This document shows positions 16,177 through 25,437 of a DNA stretch of 64,000 bases, piece after piece (the stretch's first letter is position 1; every line of letters begins with the position of its first letter). Under the pieces are notes generated by a model. It saw only the letters and a list, made by a program, of their open reading frames with translations, was not told where the DNA came from and did no database searches. The translations under genes and the position numbers were made by a program. Source of the stretch: an uncultured Solirubrobacterales bacterium (GTDB taxonomy: Bacteria; Actinomycetota; Thermoleophilia; Solirubrobacterales; 70-9); contig CAVOGY010000002.1 in NCBI GenBank assembly GCA_963695675.1, positions 159,491-223,490 of the forward strand. The letters are read 5' to 3'.

Positions 16177-17622
16177 ATGATGCACTTTCTCATCGCTCAG
16201 GCTTCACCTTTGCAAGGCCCGATAACGGACTTGCAGGACGCTCAGACGCTGGACAGCGCGATCCTGGGCGAGCAGTTCTACTTCTTCACGGTCGTGCTCA
16301 TGTGGCTCATCCACGTGGGCTTCATGACGTACGAGACGGGCGTCGCGCGCCGCAAGAACGCGCTGGCCACCGCGATGAAGAACATCCTGACGATCGCGGT
16401 GGTCACCCCGACCATGTACTACATCGGCTGGTGGATCTACAGCTGCAACCAGCCCGGGATCCCGCCGATTGGACCGAACAGCTCAGACTTCACCAGCATC
16501 ACCTGTCAGAGCGGGATCCCTTGGTCGGACACCTTCGGGCCCAACCTGACCAACAACATCAATCTGGTCTTCTTCCTGGCCTTCACCCTGTTCTCCTGGA
16601 CGACCGCCTCGATCATGTCCGGGTCGCTGCTCGAGCGGGTTCGGCTCTCGGCCTATCTGGTCCTGGCCTGCCTGCTCGGCTCGGTCGTCTGGATGCTGGA
16701 CGCCGCCTGGGGCTGGAGCGCGGGCGGCTGGATGACCCTGCGCTTCGGCTTCCACGACTCGATCGCCTCGGCCGTGGTGCACGGCGTTTCGGGAGCGTTC
16801 ACGCTCGGCGTGTTATTCAATCTCGGGCCACGAATAGGCAAGTACACGAAGGACGGGCTCGCAAGGACCTTCAGACCCCACAACATCCACATGACCTTGA
16901 TGGGGCTGATGCTGATCTTCACGGGCTTCTACGGCTTCTACGCCGCCTGCCTGGTGATCGCGTCGACCGCATTCCCAGGCTGGGCGAACATCTACCTCAG
17001 CCCGACGACGCTCGGCTCGATCGCGATGATCATCACCTTCGGCTTCGCCGGAGGCTTCACCGGCGCCTACTTCACCAGCCGCGGCGACCCGTTCTGGACC
17101 GTCTCCGGCGGGCTCGCCGGCGTGATCGGCGTCTCGGCCGGAGCCGATGTCTACGCCCCGACGCTCGGCTATCTGCTGGCGATGATCACTGGAGGCACGG
17201 TCGTCTACGTCGGAACCTGGATCGAGGAGAAGATGCGGGTCGACGACGTGGTCGGGGCGGTCGCCGTGCACGGCTACTCCGGCTTCATGGGCATCATCTG
17301 GGTCGGTGTGTTCGCCGCCGGCTATCCAACCGGGCTCAACAATGTGGACAGCTCATTCGCAGGCCAGATGCTGGGCGTGGCGACGTTCCTGCCTCTGGGC
17401 TTCCTCTCGGGCTGGGTGGCAGCCAAGATCCTGAAGATGCTCAACCTCCTGCGCGTGCCGCCCGAGGTGGAGCTCGACGGGCTCGACGCGGCCGAGTACC
17501 GCTATGACATCCACGTGCCCGAGTTCGCCATCGGCGAGGACCACATGATCGAGCCCGACGGAGTGACCCGAACCCCAGCCGAAGACGTCCAACGCGAGGC
17601 TGCCAAGGAGCTGGTGAGATGA
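16177..17622 (+). CDS. amt: ammonium (possibly methylammonium) transporter, Amt family
   Basis: 481 aa, about 11 TM segments, with Amt signatures AVVHGVSGAFTLGVLF and DDVVGAVAVHGYSGFMGIIWVGVFA. Confidence 0.9.
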   Translation: MMHFLIAQASPLQGPITDLQDAQTLDSAILGEQFYFFTVVLMWLIHVGFMTYETGVARRKNALATAMKNILTIAVVTPTMYYIGWWIYSCNQPGIPPIGPNSSDFTSITCQSGIPWSDTFGPNLTNNINLVFFLAFTLFSWTTASIMSGSLLERVRLSAYLVLACLLGSVVWMLDAAWGWSAGGWMTLRFGFHDSIASAVVHGVSGAFTLGVLFNLGPRIGKYTKDGLARTFRPHNIHMTLMGLMLIFTGFYGFYAACLVIASTAFPGWANIYLSPTTLGSIAMIITFGFAGGFTGAYFTSRGDPFWTVSGGLAGVIGVSAGADVYAPTLGYLLAMITGGTVVYVGTWIEEKMRVDDVVGAVAVHGYSGFMGIIWVGVFAAGYPTGLNNVDSSFAGQMLGVATFLPLGFLSGWVAAKILKMLNLLRVPPEVELDGLDAAEYRYDIHVPEFAIGEDHMIEPDGVTRTPAEDVQREAAKELVR

Positions 17623-17674
17623 CTACGCGCGAAGCCGGAGGGAGTAGAGTCGATCCGTTTGGCGAGGAGGTTGC

Positions 17675-18025
17675 ATGCCGGCGATAATCGACAGCTCACC
17701 TTCGTGCATCACGCACAACTCAGGCGCAATACCGGCCGATGACTCCGCGGACTTCATCCTTCAGGCGAATTACCAGAATTGCGCGGGGATCATGACCTTC
17801 GGTCCCGGCACGGTCTACGGGCCCGACGGCAGCTCGGCGGCCGGCGCGTACTACGCACTGACCTGGATCGGAATATTCGTCACGATCGCCGTGCTGGTCG
17901 GGTGGGTCGTCTACGAGAACAGGCGCCTGCTCAGATACGCCGCCGAGAGGGCCCGGGGTGAGATCCCCGGTCCGCCTCGCGAAAAAGCTGTAGTTGAGAG
18001 CTTCATACGGGGGAGGGAGCGCTGA
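17675..18025 (+). CDS. hypothetical single-TM protein downstream of amt
   Basis: GAGGAGG RBS; one TM segment (LTWIGIFVTIAVLVGWVVY). No family recognised. Confidence 0.5.
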   Translation: MPAIIDSSPSCITHNSGAIPADDSADFILQANYQNCAGIMTFGPGTVYGPDGSSAAGAYYALTWIGIFVTIAVLVGWVVYENRRLLRYAAERARGEIPGPPREKAVVESFIRGRER

Positions 18026-18026
18026 G

Positions 18027-18179
18027 ATGGCCGGAAAGCAAATCGAGTTCCCACCCAAGCAGACTCACGTCAAAGGGTTCGAGTACGGGATGCTGGCGCT
18101 CTGCATCCTCTGCGTGATCATCGTGCTGATCATCGTGCTCGCAACCAGCATCGGGATCGAAACTCGCCCGACCGTCTGA
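18027..18179 (+). CDS. 50-aa small membrane protein
   Basis: ATG lies 1 nt after the previous stop, with GGGAGGGAG upstream. Translation is MAGKQIEFPPKQTHVKGFEYGMLALCILCVIIVLIIVLATSIGIETRPTV. Confidence 0.45.
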   Translation: MAGKQIEFPPKQTHVKGFEYGMLALCILCVIIVLIIVLATSIGIETRPTV

Positions 18180-18182
18180 CGA

Positions 18183-18683
18183 GTGGGCGAAAGCGGGGTC
18201 CGTCCCGGTGGGGGTAGTCTCGGCCGGGTGGCGGATCCCCCGAACGGAGCGAGCTGGTCGGACCCGAGCACATGGGTGCAGGGACGCCGCGCGCGGGTTC
18301 GCCCGACCCGGGGGCGCATCCTCGTCCTGATCGCCCTGGTCGCGCTGGCGGCAATCGTCGCCAGAAGCTGCCAGCAGGCCCAGATCCGTGTGAGCCAGGC
18401 AGAGGCGATCGCCATCGCCAAGCGACAGATCAACTTCGAGCCGAAGTCGACGCAGATTCGACTGCTCCGTCAGGGCCTCAATCGAAAGCCCTTCTGGTTC
18501 GTCTCCATGTCCGATCCAGTCGGGAGCGTCATACACCCCCAGGGCTACACGCGGATCGTCGTGGTCGAGGTAGACGCGAACACCGGCAAGGTCGAGGACG
18601 TGAACAACGAGAGCGTGGGCCCGCCAAGCGCGCCGAAGGGGAAGAAGAGCCGGGAGTCGGCCGCCGCCCGAAACGGCGGATAG
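18183..18683 (+). CDS. membrane-anchored hypothetical protein (PepSY-like C-terminal region suspected)
   Basis: Basic N-terminus plus a TM segment (ILVLIALVALAAIVA), then a soluble domain. The start is uncertain, with in-frame GTGs downstream of 18183. Confidence 0.45.
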   Translation: MGESGVRPGGGSLGRVADPPNGASWSDPSTWVQGRRARVRPTRGRILVLIALVALAAIVARSCQQAQIRVSQAEAIAIAKRQINFEPKSTQIRLLRQGLNRKPFWFVSMSDPVGSVIHPQGYTRIVVVEVDANTGKVEDVNNESVGPPSAPKGKKSRESAAARNGG

Positions 18684-18692
18684 GCTGAGCTC

Positions 18693-19406
18693 GTGCGGCT
18701 ACTCGTCCTCCAGCACATCTCCTGCGAGCCTCCGGGCGTCTTCTCCGAGGTGATGCGCGAGCAGGGGGTGGAGCCGGTCGCGGTCGAGCTCGACGAGAAC
18801 GAGCGGCTTCCCGATTGGCGCGAGTTCGACGGCGTGCTGGCGATGGGGGGGCCGATGGGCGCCGACGACGACGCCCAGCACCCCTGGTTGAGCGCCGAGA
18901 AGCAGCTCGTCCGCGAGGCCGTCGAAGCGGGCCGCCCGTTCCTCGGCGTCTGCCTCGGCGTGCAGCTGCTGGCCTCGGCGCTGGGCGCACCGGTCCGCAG
19001 CATGGACAGCCCGGAGCTCGGCCTGCTCCCCGTGGAGCTGACCGCGGAGGGGCGCGAGCATCCACTGTTCGAGGGTGTGGACGACCCCTTCCCCTCGCTG
19101 CAGTGGCACGGGGACACCTTCGACCTGCCGGCCGGCGCCGTCGCGCTGGCGAGCTCCCCCGTCGCCACGCAGGCCTTCCAGGCGGGCGAGCGCGCCTTCG
19201 GGATCCAGTTCCACCTCGAGGTGACGCCCGAGATGGCCCGCGAGTGGGCCGACGTTCCCGAATACCGGGCCTACCTCGCCGAGGCGCTCGACCCCGAGCG
19301 GGCCGACGCCTTCCTCGCCGAGCTCGAGCAACGCGCGGAGGAGCTTCACCCCACAGGGCGCCGGCTGTTCGGCAACTGGCTGAAGCTCGCCGGCGACGCG
19401 GCCTGA
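18693..19406 (+). CDS. class I glutamine amidotransferase-like protein
   Basis: GATase1 nucleophile elbow (FLGVCLGVQLLA) and the HxE region (GIQFHLE). Confidence 0.8.
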   Translation: MRLLVLQHISCEPPGVFSEVMREQGVEPVAVELDENERLPDWREFDGVLAMGGPMGADDDAQHPWLSAEKQLVREAVEAGRPFLGVCLGVQLLASALGAPVRSMDSPELGLLPVELTAEGREHPLFEGVDDPFPSLQWHGDTFDLPAGAVALASSPVATQAFQAGERAFGIQFHLEVTPEMAREWADVPEYRAYLAEALDPERADAFLAELEQRAEELHPTGRRLFGNWLKLAGDAA

Positions 19407-19441
19407 GCGTGGTGGCACCACCTGTGAAGGAGGTCTCCCGG

Positions 19442-19624
19442 ATGCCCCGTCAATACAAGTGCCTGGACGCCGGCTGCGGGGCGACCATCGTCGCCCCCGA
19501 CGAGCAGGCGCTGGTGGAGGCGGTGCAGCGGCACATGGCGGAGGAGCACGACAGCTTCGAGCTCGAGGACGTGATCATCGACATGTCCACCGAGCTCGAG
19601 GGGGACGGCGAGGAGGAGGGGTGA
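19442..19624 (+). CDS. 60-aa small protein (DUF1059-like)
   Basis: GAAGGAGG RBS. Translation is MPRQYKCLDAGCGATIVAPDEQALVEAVQRHMAEEHDSFELEDVIIDMS... Its stop overlaps the next start (GTGATGG). Confidence 0.6.
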   Translation: MPRQYKCLDAGCGATIVAPDEQALVEAVQRHMAEEHDSFELEDVIIDMSTELEGDGEEEG

Positions 19625-20598
19625 TGGGCGAGGCGACCCGCGGCGAGCTCGACCCCGACGTCGTCCGGCGCTTCCACTTCACCCGGGCGATGGTCAAGGG
19701 GCCCGTGTACCGAAAGTACAAGTTCGCGATCCAGAGGATCTGGGAAGTCGACGACCTCGACTTCTCCCGGGATGGCGCCGACTGGGAGCGAATCTCAGAG
19801 GATCAGCGCGAGGGCCTTCTCGGTGTGACGATTCGCTTCCTCGCCGGCGAGCAGGCGGTCACTGACCAGTTGGTGCCGATGATCGCGGCGTCCCAGGCGC
19901 TGGGGCGCTTCGACTGGGTCACCTACCTCTCCACCTTCCTGATGGAGGAGGCCAAGCACGCGGAGTTCTTCATGCGCTGGCACGACGAGGTCGCCGGCAT
20001 CCTCGAGCCCGAGGAGGTCGCCCGCCATTTCCTGGTCCGCGGCGTCACGGTGGATCCGAGCGGGCGCTTCGAGGTTCGCGACGTGCTTCATGAGGCGCTG
20101 CCCAGCTACGGCGGGGAGCTCCTACGAGCCTCCATGGAGGGTGACGAGGCGGAGATCGAGCGTGCCTTCGTGCGCTTCTCGGCCGCCTACAACGGCTTCG
20201 TCGAAGGCGTGCTGACGATGCCCTCGTACGAGATCGTCATCGACACAACCGATCTCTGGGCCGCCTTTCCCGGGCTCAAGCAGGGCTTCAGGCTGATCCT
20301 CCGGGACGAGGGCCGGCACATCACCTTCGGCACGCAGGCCTGCCGGACGCTGATCGAGAAGAACCCCGAATACGAGGCGCTGGTGCACGAGGTCTTCGAC
20401 GCCTACCGGGGCAACCTGGTCGGCCTGGTCGAGTACCAGAAAGCCGTGCCCGGCCTCGATCTCGACAAGTACCAGCGCCAGAAGGTGAGGCACTACCGCA
20501 ACCGCTGCCGGGAGATGGGAATCACGCCCGATGACGAGCTGATCGAGCAGATCCTCGATCCGGAGATCGACTTCGTGGTCGGCGTGCAGGCGGGATAG
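19624..20598 (+). CDS. ferritin-like di-metal protein of the RNR-R2 / R2-like ligand-binding oxidase type
   Basis: Two ExxH metal motifs (LMEEAKHAEFF and LRDEGRHITFG). Length of 324 aa is typical of R2lox/R2. Confidence 0.75.
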   Translation: MGEATRGELDPDVVRRFHFTRAMVKGPVYRKYKFAIQRIWEVDDLDFSRDGADWERISEDQREGLLGVTIRFLAGEQAVTDQLVPMIAASQALGRFDWVTYLSTFLMEEAKHAEFFMRWHDEVAGILEPEEVARHFLVRGVTVDPSGRFEVRDVLHEALPSYGGELLRASMEGDEAEIERAFVRFSAAYNGFVEGVLTMPSYEIVIDTTDLWAAFPGLKQGFRLILRDEGRHITFGTQACRTLIEKNPEYEALVHEVFDAYRGNLVGLVEYQKAVPGLDLDKYQRQKVRHYRNRCREMGITPDDELIEQILDPEIDFVVGVQAG

Positions 20599-20634
20599 GC
20601 CGCCCGGGGCGACCGCGGCGAACGGCGACGCCTA

Positions 20635-20898
20635 CTACTTCTGCGCGAAGTGCTGGGCGTTGATCTCGGTGAACTTCTCTTGCCCGTCCGGGACCTGGTC
20701 CTCCGGGAAGATTGCGTCCACGGGACAAACCTCGACGCAGGCGTCGCAGTCGATGCACTCGGCCGGGTCGATGTACAGCTGCCGGTGATCCTCGAAGTCC
20801 GGCTCCTCCTCAGTCGGGTGGATGCAATCCACCGGACAGACCTCGACGCAGGTGAGGTCCTTCAGGTCGATACAGGGCTCGGTGATGACGTATGTCAC
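20635..20898 (-). CDS. fdxA: ferredoxin with two Cys-cluster motifs (7Fe FdxA-like)
   Basis: (V)[27 protein letters not shown]...[19 protein letters not shown] start with GAGGAG 8 nt upstream. Confidence 0.9.
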   Translation of the reverse strand: MTYVITEPCIDLKDLTCVEVCPVDCIHPTEEEPDFEDHRQLYIDPAECIDCDACVEVCPVDAIFPEDQVPDGQEKFTEINAQHFAQK

Positions 20899-20996
20899 CT
20901 CGGCTACTCCTCTTCGCGAACTGAGCGCGCCAATCGGCGCGGGGGACTTGCGGGTGCCGCACGAATGATAGGTGCGGCGGGGGTTCGAGCGGGTCG

Positions 20997-22136
20997 CTAT
21001 CCGGCGACTGCCACGGCCTGGCTCTCGACCGCGGCCGCGAGGGCGTCGAAGACCAGATCGGCGGTCTGGGTGCTGGCATTGGGCCCCATCAGGCCGACCC
21101 GCCAGATCGCCGGCGCGTCCGGGCCGAGGCCGCCGCCGACCTCGATGCCATTGGCGAGGAGCTGGCGTTGCACGGCCTTGCCGTCGATTCCGTCGGGGAC
21201 GCGGACCGCCGTCAAGGGAGCGAGCTGGTGTGCGGGCTCCGCCAGGAGCTCGAACCCCGCGTGGCACGCCAGCTGCTGGAAGTAGGTTCCCGCCTCGGTG
21301 TGCCTGGCCCAGCGGCGCTCGAGACCCTCGTCGAGGGTCTGCCGGAGGACTTCGTGGAGCGCGTAGATGTGGAGGATCGGTGCGGTGTGATGGTAGGTCG
21401 CCGGGCGTTCCACCCAATAGGCATGCAGGAGCAGCAGGTCCATCGAGAACGGAACCGGCAGCCGCCTGGCGCGGATCCGCTCCAGCGCTCGATCCGAGAC
21501 TGCTATCGGGGACATGCCGGGCGGAGCGGCCAGGCACTTCTGGGTGCACGAGTAGGCGTAGTCGAGCCCCCAGCCGTCGAAGTCCAGCTCGACCCCGCCC
21601 AGGGTGGTGACGCAGTCCGCCATCAGCAGAGTGTCGCGTCCGCGCATCGCGGCGCCGAGCCCCTCAAGCGGATGCTCGCAGCCGGTCGAGGTTTCCCCAT
21701 GGATGACGGCGAGCAGGCGCGCCTCGGGGTGATCGTCCAGGGCGGCGAGCAGCCGCTCGTTGGGGACGTGCTCACCCCAGTCCGCAGTGACCTCGATCAC
21801 CTCGGCGCCGGAGCGCCGGGCTATCTCCGCCATCCGCGCACCGAAGTAGCCGCTGGCGCCGACGATCACCGTCTCGCCCGGCTCGACCAGGTTGGCCAGG
21901 CCGGCCTCCATCCCCGACGTCCCGGTCGCCTGCAGGGGCAGGACCAACCCGCCCTCGGCGCGGAAGACCCTGCGAAGCCCCTCGACCACGTCGAGCAGGA
22001 TCTCGTGCATCTCCGGATCGAGGTGCCCGAGCATCGGCTTGCCCATCGCTTCGAGCGCGGCGGGATCGACGTTGGTCGGCCCGGGACCGCACAACAGCCT
22101 CTCTGATGGGGAGATCGGGGGCAGCTCGTAGCTCAC
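20997..22136 (-). CDS. class-V aminotransferase (alanine/serine--glyoxylate aminotransferase type)
   Basis: The AGXT-family layout includes the PLP-lysine context YSCTQKCL. The start was taken at GTG 22136 (VSYELPP...); the track start is TTG 22172. Confidence 0.8.
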   Translation of the reverse strand: MSYELPPISPSERLLCGPGPTNVDPAALEAMGKPMLGHLDPEMHEILLDVVEGLRRVFRAEGGLVLPLQATGTSGMEAGLANLVEPGETVIVGASGYFGARMAEIARRSGAEVIEVTADWGEHVPNERLLAALDDHPEARLLAVIHGETSTGCEHPLEGLGAAMRGRDTLLMADCVTTLGGVELDFDGWGLDYAYSCTQKCLAAPPGMSPIAVSDRALERIRARRLPVPFSMDLLLLHAYWVERPATYHHTAPILHIYALHEVLRQTLDEGLERRWARHTEAGTYFQQLACHAGFELLAEPAHQLAPLTAVRVPDGIDGKAVQRQLLANGIEVGGGLGPDAPAIWRVGLMGPNASTQTADLVFDALAAAVESQAVAVAG

Positions 22137-22193
22137 CCCGGCAACCTTCTCATGAGGCGTACACCAGTTCAAACTAAGAAAAAACTGGAATAG

Positions 22194-22209
22194 ATAGGTA
22201 AATGCCTAT
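22194..22209. promoter_or_regulatory. ATAGG-N6-CCTAT palindrome in the aminotransferase/LysR divergent intergenic region (candidate LysR box)
   Basis: ATAGGTAAATGCCTAT is a perfect 5-bp inverted repeat in an AT-rich 85-nt gap. A second inverted repeat, CCAGTT-N13-AACTGG, lies at 22164-22188. Confidence 0.4.
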
Positions 22210-22221
22210 AGGTTTCCGGAC

Positions 22222-23175
22222 GTGGCCGTCACGGTGACCCAGCTCTCGGCCTTTCTCGCGGTCGTTCGCCACGGCTCGGTGACGGGGGCGGCGGAGGAGC
22301 TCGTGGTGACCCAGCCGTCGGTCTCGGCCGCCGTCGCGGCGCTCGAGCGCGAGCTGGGGGTGGATCTGACAGAGCGGGCCGGCCGCAGCATCAGGCCGAC
22401 TCCCGCGGGCGAGGCTTACGCGCGGTACGCCGCCGACGTCCTCGCCCTGCTCAAGGAGGGCTCTGAGGTGGTGGGCGAGGTCGCCAAGGGCACTGGTGCC
22501 CCGCTGCGAGTCACCGCGGTGACCACCGCGGGCGAATACCTGCTACCGCCGCTCCTGCATGCATTCCGGGAGCGCGAGCCAGAGCTCGAGGTGAGCGTCC
22601 ACGTCGGCAACCGCGAGGAGGTCTTCCGGCGTCTCGAGGCCCATGAAGCCGACGTGGCAATCTCCGGGCAGGCTCCCGGCGAGCGTGGCTTCGACGGGGC
22701 GGCTTTCCTCGACAACGAGTTCGTTCTGATCACCTCCCCCGACGACCCGCTGGCGAAGCGAGCCTGGGTCGCTGTGGACGAGCTGGCGGGCACTCCGTGG
22801 CTGATGCGCGAGCAGGGCTCAGGGACGCGCCGGTTGTGCGAGACCTACCTCAACTCCCACCAGCTCCAGCCGTCGATGCTGACGCTGGGGTCGAACGGCG
22901 CCATCAAGAACGCCGCCCGCATGGGGCTCGGCGTCGCCCTGCAGTCCCGCGAGGCCGTCGCGCTGGAGCTGGAGCTCGGCTTGCTGAAGACCATCCGCCC
23001 ACGCGGTGGGCTGCCGAAGCGCTCCTGGTACGTGGTCCGCTCAACCATCGGCCCCGGCTCGGAGCTCGCCGCGGCCTTCATGGAGTTCGTTCGGTCACCC
23101 GCCGCCGGCCAGGCGCTCGCGCGCTCACACGGCGATGAGGTCAAGCGAACGCGCGGTCGCCTGGCGGGCAGGTGA
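22222..23175 (+). CDS. LysR-family transcriptional regulator
   Basis: N-terminal wHTH reads LSAFLAVVRHGSVTGAAEELVVTQPSVSAAVAALERELG. Length of 317 aa. Confidence 0.85.
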   Translation: MAVTVTQLSAFLAVVRHGSVTGAAEELVVTQPSVSAAVAALERELGVDLTERAGRSIRPTPAGEAYARYAADVLALLKEGSEVVGEVAKGTGAPLRVTAVTTAGEYLLPPLLHAFREREPELEVSVHVGNREEVFRRLEAHEADVAISGQAPGERGFDGAAFLDNEFVLITSPDDPLAKRAWVAVDELAGTPWLMREQGSGTRRLCETYLNSHQLQPSMLTLGSNGAIKNAARMGLGVALQSREAVALELELGLLKTIRPRGGLPKRSWYVVRSTIGPGSELAAAFMEFVRSPAAGQALARSHGDEVKRTRGRLAGR

Positions 23176-23177
23176 GA

Positions 23178-24137
23178 TCAGGCGTGGAGCGCGGAATCCG
23201 CGCCGGTCACGTTCGGCGGATGCCGGTCGTGCGGATCGATGCCGGCACCGATCTCGGCTCGAGTCGCGACCATGTGGTAGAGCAGCAGGGTCTGGGCGAG
23301 GGCGAGCGACTCCGAGCGGTGCAGGTCGGTCCCGATCGTGAACTCCCCGAGCCGGTGGGCGCGGAGGTGGCTCGCGTGCTGCATCCGCGTCCAGACGGCG
23401 TCCTCGAGCTCGGCGGCGAGCTTGGGGTCCGTGTCGCCCGGGATCCTGAGGAGCGACTCGTGTTCGCGGCGGACCAGGGTCGGGCCGTCCCCGTCGGGTA
23501 GGAGAAAGGGGGAGAGGTCGGGATGCCTGAGCGTGTCCCGCAGGATCAGGTCCGCATCGAGCTGCTCCGGGTCGCTGCTCCTGGTCGGGGCGAACGAGAC
23601 GATGATGTCGGCGAGTCGCCGCTGGGGGCGGATGTACTGCTCGACATCCCCCTCCCGGCGATCGAGCTCGGCGATCACCTCGTGGGTGGTGTAGCCCCGA
23701 CGCGTGCAGTCGCGGGTCAGCTTCCAGGTCCGGCGCAGCTCCTCGGGCGGGGCCAGGAAGACCCTGATGTCATGGTCGGCGCAGAGCTCCTCCGAGTGGA
23801 AGTTGAGCAGTCCCTCGACCACGACGAAGGGGTTGGGGCGGACGTACTCCGGTGGGCCGAGGGTCCCGCTGCGATGGTCGTAGGTGGGCTTCAGCACCGG
23901 CTCTCGGTTGCGGAGGTGCGCGAGGTGCTGACCGAGGATCTCGAGATGGTTTGCGGCCGGATTCAGAGGGGTGATGCCGAGCTCGGCTCGCTGCTGGCGC
24001 CCGTACCGGTGATAGTCGTCGCCGCTGATGTACGAAACGCGCTCACGCCCGCCGAGGACGCGGACCACGCCTCGGGTAAACGTCGTCTTCCCGGCGGCGG
24101 AATCTCCGACGACTCCGAGGACGACCGGACGAGTCAT
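23178..24137 (-). CDS. prk: phosphoribulokinase (PRK/uridine-kinase family)
   Basis: P-loop GDSAAGKTT. PRK-like blocks are ISGDDYHRY, LKPTYDHRSGTLGPPEYV, VVVEGLL and YIRPQRRLADII. The start was set at MTRPVVLG to avoid overlapping the next gene. Confidence 0.8.
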   Translation of the reverse strand: MTRPVVLGVVGDSAAGKTTFTRGVVRVLGGRERVSYISGDDYHRYGRQQRAELGITPLNPAANHLEILGQHLAHLRNREPVLKPTYDHRSGTLGPPEYVRPNPFVVVEGLLNFHSEELCADHDIRVFLAPPEELRRTWKLTRDCTRRGYTTHEVIAELDRREGDVEQYIRPQRRLADIIVSFAPTRSSDPEQLDADLILRDTLRHPDLSPFLLPDGDGPTLVRREHESLLRIPGDTDPKLAAELEDAVWTRMQHASHLRAHRLGEFTIGTDLHRSESLALAQTLLLYHMVATRAEIGAGIDPHDRHPPNVTGADSALHA

Positions 24138-24183
24138 CCGGGGAAGGATGCCAGACCGGCGGCCACCCGCCGCCGGCGGGCTC

Positions 24184-25203
24184 TCAGGCGCTGGTTGCGC
24201 TCCGTGGCTCGACGACGGGCGCTCGTGAGCCGTTCTCACGCTCCTCGATCAGGTCGATCTTGGCCAACAGGTGCTCGGCCATTCGCAGCGACGCCTGGTC
24301 GATCAGGCGGCCATCGAGCGAGACTGCGCCACTACCCGCCCTGCCCGCCTCCTCCATCGCGGCCATGATCCGGCGGGTCCGCGAGACCAGGCGGTCTGAC
24401 GGGGAGAAGACCTGGTTGGCGAGCTCAACCTGGCTTGGATGGATGCACCACTTGCCCTCGAAGCCGAGGATGGATGCTCGGCGCGCGGCGACCAGATAGC
24501 CCTCGGCATCCCCGAAGTCCCCGAACGGGCCGTCGATCGGCCTCAGTCCGTGTGCGCGGCAGGTGACCGCGATTCGAGCCAGCGGGTAATGCCATTGATC
24601 GCCCCAATGGAGCTCTCTGCTCACCTCCCCATCCTCGTTCGGATCGGTGAGCACGGCGTAGCCGGCGTCCGAGCCACCGATCGAGGCCGTGTGGCTCTCG
24701 ATCGAGGCCGCGTAGTCCGCGACGCCGAAGATCAGCGCCTCTAGCCGCTCCGGGGAGCTGGCGGCGATCTCGTCGAGGTTGACCATTCCGGACGCGGTCT
24801 CGATCAGCGCCGAGATCCCGATTGGCTTCTCGATCCCGACGGCTTCCTCGATCTGGGTCAGGAGGGTCGCCACCAGATGGATGTCGCCCGCCGATCCGGC
24901 CTTCGGGATCAGGACCGTGTCGAGCCATTCTCCGCTCTGCTCGACGACGTCGACGATGTCGCGGTAGCAATAGTGGGTGTCGAGCCCGTTGATTCTCACC
25001 GTCACCGCGCAGCCGGTCCAGTCGAGTTCGTTGAGGGCCGCGATCACATTCCGCCTCGCCTCGGGCTTGTCGTCGGGGGCCACCGCGTCCTCGAGATCGA
25101 GCATGACCACGTCGGCGCCTAGTCCAGGCGCCTTCTCGAGCATTCGCATGTTGGTGCCGGGGACGCAGAGCTCGCTGCGATGCAACCGCACTGGAATCGT
25201 CAT
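24184..25203 (-). CDS. mcl: HpcH/HpaI-CitE family lyase, malyl-CoA lyase-like
   Basis: 339 aa. CitE/Mcl-type N-terminus (RSELCVPGTNMRMLEKAPGLGADVVMLDLEDAV) and the block GFEGKWCIHPSQV. Substrate specificity is inferred from family and context only. Confidence 0.7.
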   Translation of the reverse strand: MTIPVRLHRSELCVPGTNMRMLEKAPGLGADVVMLDLEDAVAPDDKPEARRNVIAALNELDWTGCAVTVRINGLDTHYCYRDIVDVVEQSGEWLDTVLIPKAGSAGDIHLVATLLTQIEEAVGIEKPIGISALIETASGMVNLDEIAASSPERLEALIFGVADYAASIESHTASIGGSDAGYAVLTDPNEDGEVSRELHWGDQWHYPLARIAVTCRAHGLRPIDGPFGDFGDAEGYLVAARRASILGFEGKWCIHPSQVELANQVFSPSDRLVSRTRRIMAAMEEAGRAGSGAVSLDGRLIDQASLRMAEHLLAKIDLIEERENGSRAPVVEPRSATSA

Positions 25204-25437
25204 CTCTCCCTCACTCGGCCGACGGTGGTCACCGCAGTGAAGCGGCTCGGCGCTCGCCGATCAAGCAAAGTGACCAGGGGATATATAGAGAAAACCTTTT
25301 GAATGGTCCAAAGTCATTAGCCAAAGGGCTTCACTCCCTTGGCCTACCCAGCCGAATGTACCCTTTTGTTCAGTGGGGCGTTTATAGTAGGCGCGACAGA
25401 CGTCCTCGCGCCCGCTGAGCGCTATCCGGAAGGAGCC

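Noticed and set aside
23178-24137. A Calvin-cycle (cbb) operon around prk
   Set aside because: No RuBisCO, fructose/sedoheptulose bisphosphatase, transketolase or cbbR-type arrangement is present in the window. prk is reported only as an orphan.
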